Program-made: the position numbers and the translations under genes | Notes under the pieces: generated by a model | Databases searched by the model: none | Seen by the model: the letters and a program-made list of their open reading frames with translations, nothing else | What the model was told of the DNA's origin: nothing | Assembly (NCBI RefSeq): GCF_009914755.1 | Contig: NC_060933.1 | Reading direction: 5' to 3' (one strand) | Origin: the human T2T-CHM13v2.0 reference genome, Homo sapiens | Length of the DNA: 64,000 nt | Shown here: piece after piece, positions 46,080-64,000 of the stretch | Numbering within the stretch: the stretch's first letter is position 1 | How the letters are laid out: the number at the start of each line of letters is the position of its first letter

Positions 46080-46112
46080 CTAAACTCATTCACCCAGATC
46101 TTGTTCTTTAAG
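46080..46112 (-). CDS. ABCA1: ABCA1 exon 33 (33 nt)
   Basis: ctgcag|CTTAAAGAACAAGATCTGGGTGAATGAGTTTAG|gtaagt; LKNKIWVNEF. Confidence 0.93.
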
Positions 46113-46206
46113 CTGCAGAGACAAAGAAACAAAAAATCAGTTCAAAGAAAGCACTGAGCCTATTCCTAATGATGCAAAAGGAGTAAATATCCACCTGAGG
46201 ATATAA

Positions 46207-46701
<495 letters not shown>

Positions 46702-47420
46702 CTAGAAGCTTTTTCAATTAACAATAATATTTCAATTGTGGATGACATATGGAGAAATTATGCTTCTTTCTTAGAAACTCATGGTCACTATCACTCCAGC
46801 ATGCCCATGCCATTTAAAGTCACTGAGATACTCCTAACTGAAAGACCCCAACTGACCAAGTTGATGGGAAGGAAACGAGAACAAACATTTGCTGAGCCAA
46901 GCATTCAACACTAGGCTGCCATGTCCTGGGAAGCTAGAAGGCTCTCCCAAGGCTGCAGAGCCAAGGCAGGCTCCTAAACCTTCCCAGAGCTCCCTCCATG
47001 AGACCACAAATTATCATGGAGTCCCCCATCAGAGAGTACCCAAGGCACTCTATGTACACCATTTAATTTAGTCCTCATGACAAACTTATAAGAGCAACAT
47101 TAATATCACAATTTAGATAAACTAAGGCTTTAAAAGGATAACCAGTTACCTGGTCAAGTTGCTACTAAGTGGCAAAATTTGACGTTGAATCCATTTCTAT
47201 TTTCATTCTAGACCAGGCTGCCTCAGCCTTGAAGCTGACAACTGAATGTTCACAGTCCCTCTCGTCATCTTTTCTAGTTTGGGATAATATCCTAAACTTC
47301 CAATAGACAGAATCAGGCCATAATCTGGCATTTCCCCCACTGTTTCAGTCTGTTATTTGTAGGTCTTTAATTCCTCTAATTAGTAATAATAAGGCAGGGG
47401 CCAAGTTTAGTAAAAAGTCA

Positions 47421-47519
<99 letters not shown>

Positions 47520-47862
47520 TCATCACATGAAAACCAAGCATACGGGTCTTTATAGACAAGAATTGAAACAGAAAACAAATCAAGGACAACAGTGACCATG
47601 TCCACAGTGTGACCGGAAACCTGACTACAGGTCCCAGACACTGCCCTCAGTCAACCAGCACTGAGACTTGGTTCACCCTGCCCTCGGCACTGGTAATTCA
47701 CTTACACCAAGCCAAGGTCTTTCCCAAGAATTTATTCTGAACATCTAAACAATAAACATTGAAATGAGATTCTTTGTAGTCAAGAGATTTTTAGGAAGCA
47801 CCATCATTCACTATGCCTAATAAATCTTCTGTTCACTGGAGTTATACTGATGACTAGATTAG

Positions 47863-48210
<348 letters not shown>

Positions 48211-48617
48211 TAGTTCCTGTACTCATTTAGAATTGCTTGTCCTCATCCTGCAATTTGGTTGCTGATAAAAGCAGCAGAGAGCTATCATAAGCACTCCTCT
48301 TCCTGAAATTCTCAAGAAAAAAAAAATGGCTCAGGACTCCTTCCCAAACAGAGTCTCTAAGAATACCAGAGTTGACAAGATCCACAGGAGTTTTCTGGTC
48401 CAGCCTCCCTAATTCAGAGGTGAAGAAACAGGCCCAGGCCTGTCAAAGGCTACCAGCTCATTTGTTGCAGAGCCAAGATTGGAAGCCAGGCCTGCCACAG
48501 TCTGTCCTGTGACTTTACTGCTGTGGGACAGGCATGGGCACAGTGTGGTCCAAACCTTCTCCCCTCAAAACTCACATGCTTTTTCTTATGACAAGAAGCG
48601 AGTTAAAGACTGAAACA

Positions 48618-49285
<668 letters not shown>

Positions 49286-50329
49286 TCAGGAGCACAGGAT
49301 CATTCCGTAACAACCACAAACATGCATCTATTCCCTCACCATTTGGAAAAGACAAGCATGATCTCATTTGATTGCTTGATCCCACAACAGCCTTGTACAC
49401 TGTGACATCATTTATATCATCATTATGTATCATTTTATACATAAGTAAAATAGAATGCAAAGAGGCCCTAAATATTTACATACTGAACTCAGTTCAATCC
49501 AATCAACCAACCATTTGCTCACACAACAAACATTCGTTGAGCATCTACTACGTGCCAGATGCTGTCCAGTATATTCGAGGGCCTAAGGTGAAAATACCTG
49601 CCTTCATGGAGGTGTATGCCCATGGAGGAGACGAACAACAAATACACTAATAAGATAACCTTAGATGGCCCAAAATAAAGCAAAATAAAAAGACAGTGAC
49701 TGGGGAGAATGAACCTACTAAGAGAAGACATTTCAGCCAAAACATAACAATGATGGAGAACAAGCTGGGCAAAAGCTTGGCAAAAAGAACATTCTGAGCA
49801 AAAGCGATGGCAAGTGCAGGTACAAAGGCCCTAGGAAGAAATGCATTTCTACTTTTTAGGAATAATAGGAAGACAGCATGGCTGGAGTAGGATAAGCTAC
49901 GAAGAAGAGTAATGATAAAGGAGGAGGAGAGGAGCCAGATGAGAGAGGCCTGGGAAAGAGTCTGGATCTTATGCTCGATGTGCTGAAAAATGAGTAGAGA
50001 CTGGCAAGATCCAATTTATGTTCTCAAATGAGTAGAGAATTGGGGGATGACTGGGGTGAGAATGCTCGTCACATAAAGAGCTACGCTGTCTACAAATTTT
50101 CCCTGGAGATAAGACACAAAGCCTTCAACCTCATCTCCAGCTCTGAATTACTGTGGGACATCAGCAGGTCCCCTGCTCTTTTGGGGGCTTATTTTTTCCA
50201 CTGGCAAAATAAAAGTTTAAAATGATTTGATTCAACAAGTCATTTCCAGTTCCCTTCCAGTTTCAGAATTCCACAATTTAAAGTAAAGTTACAGCAATTA
50301 TTTCCTTATTATTAAATATTAAATATAAT

Positions 50330-50703
<374 letters not shown>

Positions 50704-52256
50704 TTATTGTTTTCTTATGTATTAAAAATTCAAATGAAGTTTTCCAGATTGATCTCTAATTGTCTCCTTAAAGCACCTGAACTGACCAGAAAAGTCACAC
50801 TAAGACGCGCTGCCCTCCTGAAGCTTACACTCTGAACATTCAAAAGGGGATTGGCTGAGACAAATTTAAATACAGCTGAGACATGCTCCTGTCAAATTTC
50901 CTTCAGGTCCACCATTTTTTTGCAAAACCTAAAAATTTGAATTTCAGTAAGAATTGTAAGGATAAAGGCTCTTCCTTCCAACCACCTCCGGCAGACTGTA
51001 GGTGGGGCTCAGACATCATGTTTGAACCCTCTGATGTCAGGGCCGGGCCTCTTTTGTCTCTATGGGCTGGCTCTCAGCCCAGTTCTGGCTCCTACAGAGC
51101 CTTCCTAAGCTAGCATCAATCCATGAGTTCATATGGTTCAGCTGGCCAGTGATGAATCCAGATAACTATATTATCATCTCATCTCATGCTTCTATCTTCC
51201 CTACACAACCTTCATGTGGAAAATCAAAGGCACCATGAAATCCAGATAGGCCGTGTCTGTGTCCTTCTCTATCCTTGTCATCTGGTTATTTGGGAACCAA
51301 TATTAGCTGCTAGGATTTACCACCCATTATGTACTAAGTACTAACAAGTATTTAGTAACTATCCAATACTAATTAAGAACAAACAAGCACACAGTAGCTA
51401 TCCATTTAGAAATCTGCTCTAGAACCTTGTATAAACAGGTTATCATGCTCACTGTTCTGTGGTGTGCAGAGTCACCTATCTTCCCATTGAAACTTGAAAG
51501 TCAAGTTTGCCCCCTCTCCAATTCTCCAGCACCTTCCCACCTTGCCATAATTTTTCAGAGATCACTGTTGTTTCATGACCTCAGCTGAGATTCTGCCTAA
51601 ACCTGGAAACACTAACCCACCTCTACCAGCCTTGAGCACGGCCTCATAAGATCCTCACCTCTCCACCATCTTCACTCACAGTGATCTGGTGACCTCCCTT
51701 CCCCTACACTCACTTAAGAGTCATATGGATGCTTCACTGAATTTATTTATCTACTGCTTACTTTTTAAAAGGGGGTTTTGAAGGAAAGTACAATAAAAAT
51801 ATACAATTTGAGAAGAAGAAAGTGTCCCTTTTTATAAAAATTCATATGCCATCTTTTCAGATTATAAAAGCGAAGAAGCTGATAAACAAAACCTAAAAAT
51901 CATATATAATGAGAGCCTATTGAAGCACTTAAGTACAGGGGCTGGGAGAGAAAGAAAGGAAAAGCATTTCATCAGTAAGTGTAAAGTGCTATTTAAATTA
52001 AATATTAAGGTTCTAAATCAGTAAACAAATGTCTGTAATGACGTGCTTTGCACGGTGTTAGAAGACTCTCCAAACGTTTGTTCCTAGATAATTTAGTTCG
52101 GTTACTACCTTCGCTTTTTGTAAATAAAACATAATAATAATTCAAAGGGCAAATGCTGGCGGTCACAATGTGGCATGCAGTTGATAAATGCAGCATATTA
52201 GAAATCAAACCAGGCAACAAGCACAAGAAGCCTGCTTATGGCTAAAGTGGCACTCA

Positions 52257-52382
<126 letters not shown>

Positions 52383-52933
52383 TTAGTAATTCATTAAAAC
52401 CAGTAATCGAGAGATAAAAATGTTTTTATAAATTAAACATTTTAGGAAGCATTTCTCTGTGACAGGCTCTTAAAACAGAAATGAACAAAACACAGAAACC
52501 ACCCAGAAGGATCTCAGACTCTGGCCCTGTATTCGGCATCAGGGTGACGTAGAGCACTCCAAAGTGGAGCTTGTTTTAAATGGGCTGTATGTATAAAGGT
52601 GTGTATGTGTACACACATGTACATACACATATACATTTATATATTTTTTTTAATTTGAAGAAAATCAACTCATTAAGTATTTCAAAAGTGCTTTCACAAT
52701 TATCCCTTTGGCACAGACAAGCAGGATTTTCCAAGAAAGGGCAAGAAAACTTTGTACTCTTTGCATGCACAACTAGAAAGCACAAAAATAACAGGCACAG
52801 GTCACAAACACATGCTATGTTCCACAACTACGGGCAATACAGGGTCAGCAGCCGGAAAGGAAAAAATAAAGTAAACCTGAACTATGTAAGAAGAAAATGT
52901 GGGCTTAGAGAAAAAGAGGCCAATTCACATTAC

Positions 52934-52960
52934 ATATATATATATATATATATATATATA
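52934..52960. repeat. (AT)n microsatellite followed by a poly(T) run
   Basis: Direct reading. Confidence 0.9.
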
Positions 52961-53560
52961 CTTTTTTTTTTTTAAATGCTTCCCTTTTGTATCACTGACA
53001 CAGTTCCCCCATCTACAGGTCTACAAATCTTTCAGGACTGAAGAAAGCTCCTGCTAACAAGACCCAGAAAAATCCTTTGTCCTTTTCTTTGATTTAATGT
53101 ATTGTTACAGAGTGGGGGATATTTTTATCTAAAGAACAAACACTACCTAACATCCCAAATATAACAGAATAGATAATAATTACATGAATTATACTTTGCA
53201 GAAAACAAGTCTCTGGAGGTTCTATGCTTTGACAGTGTGCCCTGTGACTCAGTTACAGAATTAAAACACAGCTCCACAAATCCAAATATTTTATAACTTA
53301 ATCATGGATTTTTGCAAGGGTGGATTATTTCACCTAAAACACATGTGGCTGTTCCTGACAACAGTAGGATGAAGAGGAGAGAGGCTGAAAGGCTCAACAG
53401 AAGACTGGCCTATTATTCAGGGTTAGTTCGCTGCTGTTCTATGCATGCAGTATTAGCTTATACAGGGACCTGAGCCGCAGCAGTAAAATTCATTCCACCG
53501 TGTAATTCTGAAGTCCATTCCCTTGGCCCTCGTAAACATCTTTGGTCTGCTCGAATCTTA

Positions 53561-53941
<381 letters not shown>

Positions 53942-55308
53942 TTATGGCCACCTGGCAGAGGCACTAAGCCAAGAAGTTCACGAAGTAAATAGTGCTCACA
54001 TTCAGGGTGACTCAGAACACTGGGTCCTGCCCTTCCTCCTCCTGAAGACTGAGAAAGACTACATTGGGCCATGAACCCAGGACCAGGAGCCAGAAGTCCT
54101 GAATCCTGGTTCTGTCTCTAGCACAAGTGTACCCATGTGAAGTCACGCTCCCCACTGGCCTCAGTTTTCTCATTTTAATCTGAGGTCTGAGAACACATGG
54201 CCCATTCAAATCCTACACTATAATAAAACCAACTCTACAGCAACGGCTCCAATCATGGACAACCATAGTCATTATCTCCCATGATAGTCTCAGAAAGAAT
54301 AAATATCCAATTCCTTCTTCAACCTCCTAAGACTTTCTACCATATCTTCTCTGAAAAAAAAATGACTTGGGTATACTTTATAAGTTAACCCAAAACTCCT
54401 TCCATTTATTGCTGAGAAATGTATTCCTTATAACCTTAAAGATTCAAATAATGCCCCCAATTCTAATGTTCTGGGATTTCAATGCAGAAAATTAACATTG
54501 AGTGAATAATTCTGTATAACAACTACTATAATGAGAACTATCTCTATGTTGTCATTATTTATGGTTGTGTTATCAATGGTCATCATCAACAAACAAAGGT
54601 AACTGAGGATCAGAGAGACTAAGCAGCTTGCCCAAGGTCATATAGCCAATAAGTAGCAAAGTCAGGATTCAACTTGAGCTCTGTATGCTCCAAACTCCCG
54701 CTCTTAACAATATCCACATCATCAAATGAAAGACTCTCTGCAGACCTTTTCTCTATATTTCTTGATTTTATAGAGTGAAAAAATTTAACCTTTCTAACTA
54801 AGCAAGTTAGCATGCAAACACTGACATGCAGACAATAGTCTAACAAGTCTTCTCTGTTGGCCAACTATATTCTGACCTATCTTTTCTATCAGTTTGAGTT
54901 AAACATCAACTCAGAGAAAAATCATGTTTCTAATAAATTCACATGTCAAGTGCATCTGGGCATAACAACTCTCATGTTATGACAGCTGAATACACCCAAC
55001 CAGTTTTTCTACACTTTGTCCTTTTTATGTTCTCCTCCAAAATAAAAATAACATATACACACACAAAACTAAGCACTTACTAATGTCAGGCCCCATTCTA
55101 AGCACCTATTCATTTTTATTTTCGTAACAACCCTGTATTGCAGGTAATATTATTATCCCCATTTTACAGATGAGGAGATTGAGGCATAGAGAAGTAACTT
55201 GCCAGCGGATACACAACTGGCAAGGAATAGAACTGGGATTGAAATACAGATAAATCTGGCTCCGGCATCCATATCTTGACCAGGATGCTATCCTGCCTTC
55301 ACTGGTCA

Positions 55309-55623
<315 letters not shown>

Positions 55624-56202
55624 CTAGAAGTTTCTCAGAAGTAAAGGGCTTTCATGACAAAGCTATGTCCAAGGAAAAGCTTGACTCAAAATGTCTAACA
55701 GTAGCAGTCTCTGCCTTTCAGTCCTTGTCTGATAAGTACAGAAAAGAAAGGTGTCTTGAGACAACTGAAAAGAGGTGTTCATGCGTAACCAGGTGTTACA
55801 GCCAGCCATTCGGATGAATCAAGTCATCAATTTCTTATAGACTACTCTATGAAACAGGCCATGTACGTAGCTTGACATATTTGAGAATACACAATGGCAA
55901 TTAGCATCTCAGCTTCTCACCCTATTATATTTTGGTAAAACGTGGACACATTTCAAATGATCTAAGTACTGATACTGTATGAAGTCAGGCAGTTATATAT
56001 AATGTAAGAGCCATACACTCTTTGAGCAGGGGTGAGAGAACTGGAAAGTTTTCTGTTCCTAAAAATTTTCTAGAAATCCTTGTCCTAAACTAATGATACC
56101 TAACTGATGTGCTTTTACATCTTAACAATATTTGTTTGATGTCTTAGCTCTCCTCTCCATCTCAGTTAAACACACAAAGACACACTCATCCAAAATATCT
56201 AA

Positions 56203-56520
<318 letters not shown>

Positions 56521-56772
56521 TAGGGTACAATTAACTCTAACAGCAAATTCCCCTTTCTGACTCTTTCAAAATCACTCATCTACTCGAATGAATATTTGTT
56601 CAACAATTAAACACCTAATGTATACAAGAAACTAGGACCCCGCAGAAAAGATAATAAATACATGGGTTCAGAGGATTGAGGCACCATCTTTATGTCTTTA
56701 AAGGAAGTGATATGGATAGGCTCTTTCAGGTTTGATCACATGCACGATGCTGCAAAGAACAAGTGGCTTTTA

Positions 56773-57057
<285 letters not shown>

Positions 57058-57218
57058 TTATTTACAACAAAACAAACCTTCCCCATCTGCAACAAACCTA
57101 CACTCTACAAATGAGAATGCAATAGAACAATTCAAAGGGAAAGGAACAATACTCGTGCACTGAGAAAGCCAGCAGAAGGCACTATCTTAAGTGTGCCATT
57201 CTCCCTCAAGGCAGTTAC

Positions 57219-57267
57219 CTGAGGTCTCAGCATCCACCCCACTCTCTTCGGCCACCTTGAGGAATAT
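57219..57267 (-). CDS. ABCA1: ABCA1 exon 26 (49 nt)
   Basis: IFLKVAEESGVDAETS. Confidence 0.94.
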
Positions 57268-57505
57268 CTGGAAAATGAGAGAGATGAGAACATTATAAGC
57301 ACCAACATTACGAGAGTAGTCACCACTGCCACGATTATTATATTACTGAGTGGCATGTTAGCCCCGTAAGACAGAGAAAGTAGAAGCCACATTTCTTAAT
57401 AACACTTTCTCAGAGTTACCTGGGAGAGAAGCCGTTTTTGCCAGAGAACATTTCCTCAGTGGTGAGAGCTATCAAGCTAGACAATCATTTTCAAATTAAA
57501 GTTAT

Positions 57506-57869
<364 letters not shown>

Positions 57870-58928
57870 TCAAGTGGCTTCTTTCAGGACTGTGGCTCTA
57901 AATCTTTGAGTAGGCTAGTACTATGATAAGTTATCCAAGACAGAATGAGCAGGAGGAAATAGAGCACTAGAAATATGATGGCAGCAATTCAAACATCAGA
58001 AGAGAATCTGAATGAGCGCAATCATTTCCAAACTCTAGTCTATAGACCACTGTGTCCAAAGTATGCAATAGAAATACAGACTTCAAGGCCTCACCTCCAG
58101 AAATTCTGATTCACAGGCCCTGAAGCCAAACCTTAGTATGTTTATTTTTAATAATATCCCCAGGTGATTCTGCTGCACTGTCAAGCTTGGAGACCACTTG
58201 GCCAGACAGCTTTTATATCCCCTTCAGCCTTCAAGGTCTGTGATGTTGTATCTCTAAGGGGAGGCATTACATGGATAAAGAGAGGATGGACTTTGAAGCC
58301 CCAAACCCCTGATTCTGAATCTCATGTCAGCATTCCTGAGTGTTCATTTTTTCATCTTTTTTTGAGAATTAAATGAGGTCACAGTGATTAAAAAAAAATC
58401 AAAAAACAAAAAACAAATCTCAGCACCTGGCACAAGTAGACTATCCATCCATAAACGTTTGTCATTTCCTATGTATGAGAATCCAGTTGATACCTGGCTG
58501 TGACACAGTCACACCAGAGAATTGCTCCTGATTCTGATTCAGTAGGTCTGAGCTGGGCCCAAGTTGCTGAATTTCTAACAAGTTCCCAAGTGATCCTGAT
58601 GCCGCTGTTCCTCACACTGTACTTAAGTAAAGAGGCTCATTAAAGGGTAAATAAGTGCATAGGAGTTTAAGGTTGGGATGTAAATGTGTTAGGTACCACT
58701 GGTTTCAACACACAAATCTCAGGCATGTACTGTGGTACAGAGGAAAACACTTCTTTCCTGCTATCTCCCACTACCATCTTAAATGGCTCACTGGGGCCAA
58801 CATTAATCAGATGTCGATGACCTAAAAACTCAATGACTAACTCCATGATAATCCTGCTCCCAATGCAGGCTACTGGTCTGGCCTTAGGACATTTGGCCTT
58901 GCTATATATTCCGACAGTCAGCCACTTA

Positions 58929-59168
<240 letters not shown>

Positions 59169-59374
59169 TCAACTCAGAGGGGCTTCGGAGTGAGGGCTGG
59201 CCATCCCCCACCCTCTCATCAGAGGCCTGCCGCTCATACACCACACCTGTTCCAGGTGTTTAGGTCATTCCACATGTTCATCTCTGGTCTGAGGGTTGGG
59301 GGCAAAGGAAAGGACTATGTCTTATTCACCTTTGTATCACCAAAGCCAGGCACATTATAGGTACTCAGTGTAGA

Positions 59375-59464
59375 ATGGGTGGACAGCTGGATGGGTGGAT
59401 GGGTGAATGGGAGGATGGGAGGATGGAAGGATGGGTGGGTGGGTGGGTGGATGGGTGAATGGAT
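59375..59464 (+). repeat. Degenerate (TGGA/TGGG)n simple repeat at the end of an L2-like fragment
   Basis: atgggtggatgggtgaatgggaggatggga... Confidence 0.85.
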
Positions 59465-60123
59465 AACTGAGGCTCAAAGTCTGGTGTCTATTGCCTAAGC
59501 TCTGGGATTCTTCAAAAGAAAACTTGAGTAAAGGAATCTTAAAAGATTCTTCACCCTTTCCTATGCTTATAAAGTAGGTTCCCTCATTTACCTAAATAAA
59601 GGGTTAATCTAACAGTCCATGGAAGCAGAAGCCTTCCTGGGAAAAGCCAGCCATTAGGACTAGGCAGAGATAGCAAGGGTCAAGACTTCTGTTCCACATA
59701 TGCTACTGGTGACACTGGCCTCCTACACACGCTACCCAAGAAAAATCTGGAAGGCTGTTCCTCATCTCCTGGGCTCTCACTCTTCTTATGTACTAAGCTC
59801 AAATCCCACCCTCCTGGCTTGGCCCTCAGCTCCTCATCCCTGGTATTCAGTGTCCACTCCCCTAAGGGATTCCCCAAACCCCAATCATCTCAGCTCTCTG
59901 GGACACTGCCCTGCTAGCTCCCAAACCGAGCCCCAGGCACCCCAGCAAGCATTAGGCCAACCCGCCACCAAGCTGCTCCCACACCCGCAGCCACCCAGCC
60001 CCAGCCCAGCAGCAAACCTTGAGTCAGCGCCACCAGCCTCTGCACCTCTCCTCCTCTGCCTCCACTCTGCCCAGCTGGGGGAAGCTCAGGCACCACCTGA
60101 ATAAGAAACCCCAGAGTCCTTAC

Positions 60124-60196
60124 CGATGGTCAGCGTGTCACTCTCATGGTCGCTGCCCAGGCCAGCATCAGAACTGCTCTGAGAAACACTGTCCTC
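60124..60196 (-). CDS. ABCA1: ABCA1 exon 24 (73 nt)
   Basis: EDSVSQSSSDAGLGSDHESDTLTI. Confidence 0.95.
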
Positions 60197-60515
60197 CTGA
60201 TGGCAAAGAAGGAGGTGAGAACGGGTCAGGGACGGAGCAAGGCAGAGCCACCAGCACCTTCGCCGGGGAGGGCTTCCAAGAAGCTCTGTTGTGTGAGAAC
60301 TAAAGGAAAAAGCTTTCCCTGGGACACATGCACTGGCAGCCGTGGCTTCAGAGGACCCTGTCTGGCATGTGTGTGCCGTGTGAACAGCCTCGCTTCCTGA
60401 GGGTGAAAGGTCAGGAAGCAGAGCTGCCAAAAGAACTGTGGCCTGCCAATGAATGCTGCAATGAGGCCTTTGCCAACCATCTCAGGCAAGGCCTTTACCT
60501 GGCTACATGTCTAGT

Positions 60516-60676
60516 TCAATGCTTCTCATGCTTTAATGTGTGTTCAACCACTCAAGAACCTTGTTAAAATGCACAGATTCTGATTCGGTAGGTCTGAGCT
60601 GGGCCCAGGTTGCTGAATTTCTAACAAGTTCCCAAGTGATCCTGATGCTGCTGGTCCTCAGACTGCACTTGAGTTA
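60516..60676. mobile_element. MER5A-like hAT DNA transposon relic
   Basis: cttgttaaaatgca.gattctgattc.gtaggtctg...tttctaacaagttccca.gtgat.ctgatgctgctggtcc core. Confidence 0.8.
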
Positions 60677-61453
60677 AGAGGCTCATTAAAAGGTAAATAA
60701 GTGGATAGGAGTTTCAGGTTGGGATGTAAATACATTAGGTACCACTGGCTTCAACACACAAATAAATCTCAGGCATGTACTGCGGTACAGAGGAAAACAT
60801 ACCTGGTAATTGGGTCTGGTCCCACCACTGTTATTTACCTGCTGGGTGACCTTGAATCAGCTACCAATTCCCTACAAGCCTCACTTCCCTCATCTGGGAT
60901 AATAAATATAGTTACCTTCTTCCCAGGGTCTCTCTGCACTTTAATTGAGATGATAGAGGTTAAAAAAAAAAAAAGGTTGTAAATGGTAACAACGCTATAT
61001 AAAATTAACTATTATCATTACTTTCTTTCATGCCCAGAGTGTCTCTGGCATGAAATCAGTGCCTAATAAATATTGGCTGTTTTATAGTTTAAAAGTTAAG
61101 GTCAATGAGATTGAAAAGTAATGAGCAGGAACACCAGGTCATTTGTAGCCAAGGCTCTTACCTCTTGACAAGTCTCTTTTCTTTGACATAATAATGTCCT
61201 CTAAGGACCTTCTCCATCACTCTCTGTGCCTCATAGGAAAAGGAAAACGGGATTCAACAGAACTAGCACAATGGGAGCAGAGGGCCCCTTAGCTTTCCAT
61301 GCCTTAAGTATGATATGATTTCAAAGGGGCAACAGAGCAGGGAGATGGTGGTTTCAACATGGCAAAAGGGGTGGAGATGGAGAAATCATTCACAGCCAGC
61401 AAGTCCTGGCTGCCCAGACCCAACACCAGCCCAGCACCAAGACTGCAGCTCAC

Positions 61454-61674
61454 CTTTTTCAGGTATGACACAGTGCTACTACTGTTTCTGCAGGAACTGA
61501 GGGAGGATTCCACATCTTTCTTGACCAAGGTCAGGTAGTAGCCTGTTCCCAGCTGGTTCTTCAGAAACAGGGAGGAGCCCACACAGCACAGCTTCCCATG
61601 GGAGATGATGGCAATCCTGTCCCCCAGGACGTCCGCTTCATCCATGTGGTGTGTAGAGAGAATAATGGTGCGGC
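61454..61674 (-). CDS. ABCA1: ABCA1 exon 23 (221 nt), NBD1 H-loop
   Basis: [52 protein letters not shown]...SYLKK. Confidence 0.97.
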
Positions 61675-62371
61675 CTGCCAGGCACAAACACAAGGATGTG
61701 GGACAGGTGAGGCCTCTCAGTTCTGATTTGTCACAGTGACAGGGACTAGAGAGATATTAGCAGGGGTAAGCACTGGAAGAGACCTGGAAGCCACCTTTCA
61801 CCCTGTATGGCTATGACCCCTAGAATGGCAAAGCTTTGTATATATAGGTACCACATCCTCACAGAGGTAAGAACAGTAGCATTTTATTTGGGAACTTGCT
61901 ATATGCCAGGCATTGTGCTAGGTGGTTTGTGTGCATTCTCATTTAATTTAATCCTCTATGAGGTAAGCACCACTATTATTATCGGCAAAGAAGGTGAGGC
62001 AAGTTGTGACTTTCCCAATGTCTCAGGGCCAGCCAGAGTTGGCTCCAAGCCTGCCTGTGCTCCTCATACTGTACCACATCAGATCTCTAACCAGAGAGCC
62101 CAATCGTCTTCCTGCCCCTCTCCGCTTCCATTCATTTAAGCATCCACCCTTTCAACTAACCATAAATTTAGTGCACCATGTTGGGGACAAAAAGATGAAT
62201 AAAGACACAGCATCTCCTCTCAGGAATCTCAGTCTCAATGCCCTTTATCTCTTCTGTGATAACAGAAGAGTATCCCATGGCTTCACAGAAGCCTAGCCAT
62301 GAGATACAGCCACACTTCTCAAAAGCCCCCCGCTCTCTCTCAGTCCATTTACTCAGAATAAATACACATCA

Positions 62372-62892
<521 letters not shown>

Positions 62893-63752
62893 CTACTGGA
62901 TACCCCAGAATACAGTGTCCCCTGGCCCAGAACAGATGAGAATGGGCATATTTTTCTCTCCCCGTGCTTTTTAAAATAACTTTATCAATTTCTGAAAAAT
63001 AATCTTCAAGATTCAAGGTAGAACAACAGTGAGCAACCACATGAGCTGCTCAGGAAATCAAAGTGAAAGGTGACAGATCGCTTCCAACCTGTTTCCAGCA
63101 GGCCTGGCCACCATGCACCAGGCAGTTACAACTTTCAATTTCAGGGCCCCAAGATGTGGTCTTTAATGGGCTGTCCCCACAGCACGTCCACCAAGAAGTC
63201 AGCTCGGCACTCACCTGGAGCAGCCTTCCTGAGCCTCAGGGGACCTCAGGCTCTGAAAGCGGGGAGGACCCTGCACATGAGCCCCATGTGTTCACTTTAG
63301 ATGAGGAGGGAGCACATGAGCCCCAGCTGTTCACTTTAGATAAGAAGAAACATAAGGGAAAAGCCTTGCCCAAGATTGCAGAGCTCAGGTCTCTCTCTGC
63401 TCCATCACACGGGCTCCCTGGGGGCCTTATGGCTGATGGGACAACCTGAGTGGGAGCAAATGTCTTAAGCAGCAAATATAGGTCCATCATACCAGGGCCC
63501 TGAAGCACTACCAGGTCTGGGAAGTCTGCTCCAGGCCTCAATAAGGAGGGTGGCGGGGGAGAGGATGGGCTAAAGGGCCCTCCAGCATGACAATAATGGG
63601 AAGCAATGTTTCCCAAGCCCCCATCCACTGGCTGGGCTGATGTCACCTCTACAGCTCAACCATTCACCTCCCACTTCTCCTAAAATCAAAGAACAACTAG
63701 GTCTCAAGGTGTTCACGGAGGTGAGCCTGCCATATTCAAAGAAAGTAAAATG

Positions 63753-64000
<248 letters not shown>

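Noticed and set aside
59375-59464. G-rich tract as a functional G-quadruplex or telomere-like repeat
   Set aside because: Typical TGGA-type simple repeat grown from an L2 tail; not TTAGGG, and C-rich in the ABCA1 transcript.

Overview
Mammalian genomic DNA, Alu-rich and essentially identical to human chr9q31.1. On the + strand: the last two exons and 3'UTR of NIPSNAP3A (to about 2.9 kb), then the complete six-exon paralogue NIPSNAP3B (CpG-island promoter near 6.7-7.3 kb; CDS 7024-15852, 744 nt = 247 aa + stop). On the - strand, converging tail-to-tail: ABCA1 exons 21-50 (62860 down to the stop at 27098) and its 3.3 kb 3'UTR ending near 23790. All 30 ABCA1 exons have GT-AG boundaries and join in frame (3826 nt). 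The rest is Alu, L1, L2, MIR, CR1, LTR and DNA-transposon relics and microsatellites. There is no prokaryote-type system, and most ORFs in the track are repeat or antisense artefacts. The best leads are regulatory hypotheses: (1) the miR-33 site in the ABCA1 3'UTR pairs with almost the whole miRNA, as a target-directed miRNA degradation trigger would; (2) a consensus splice donor sits 103 nt after the stop codon in both NIPSNAP3 paralogues, suggesting NMD-coupled or antisense read-through isoforms; (3) local direct duplications bracket ABCA1 exons 24-25 and NIPSNAP3B exon 2; (4) NIPSNAP3A and 3B show a gene-conversion-like identity pattern. Gene identity, exon numbering, miRNA sequences and repeat families come from my recall, not from a search.
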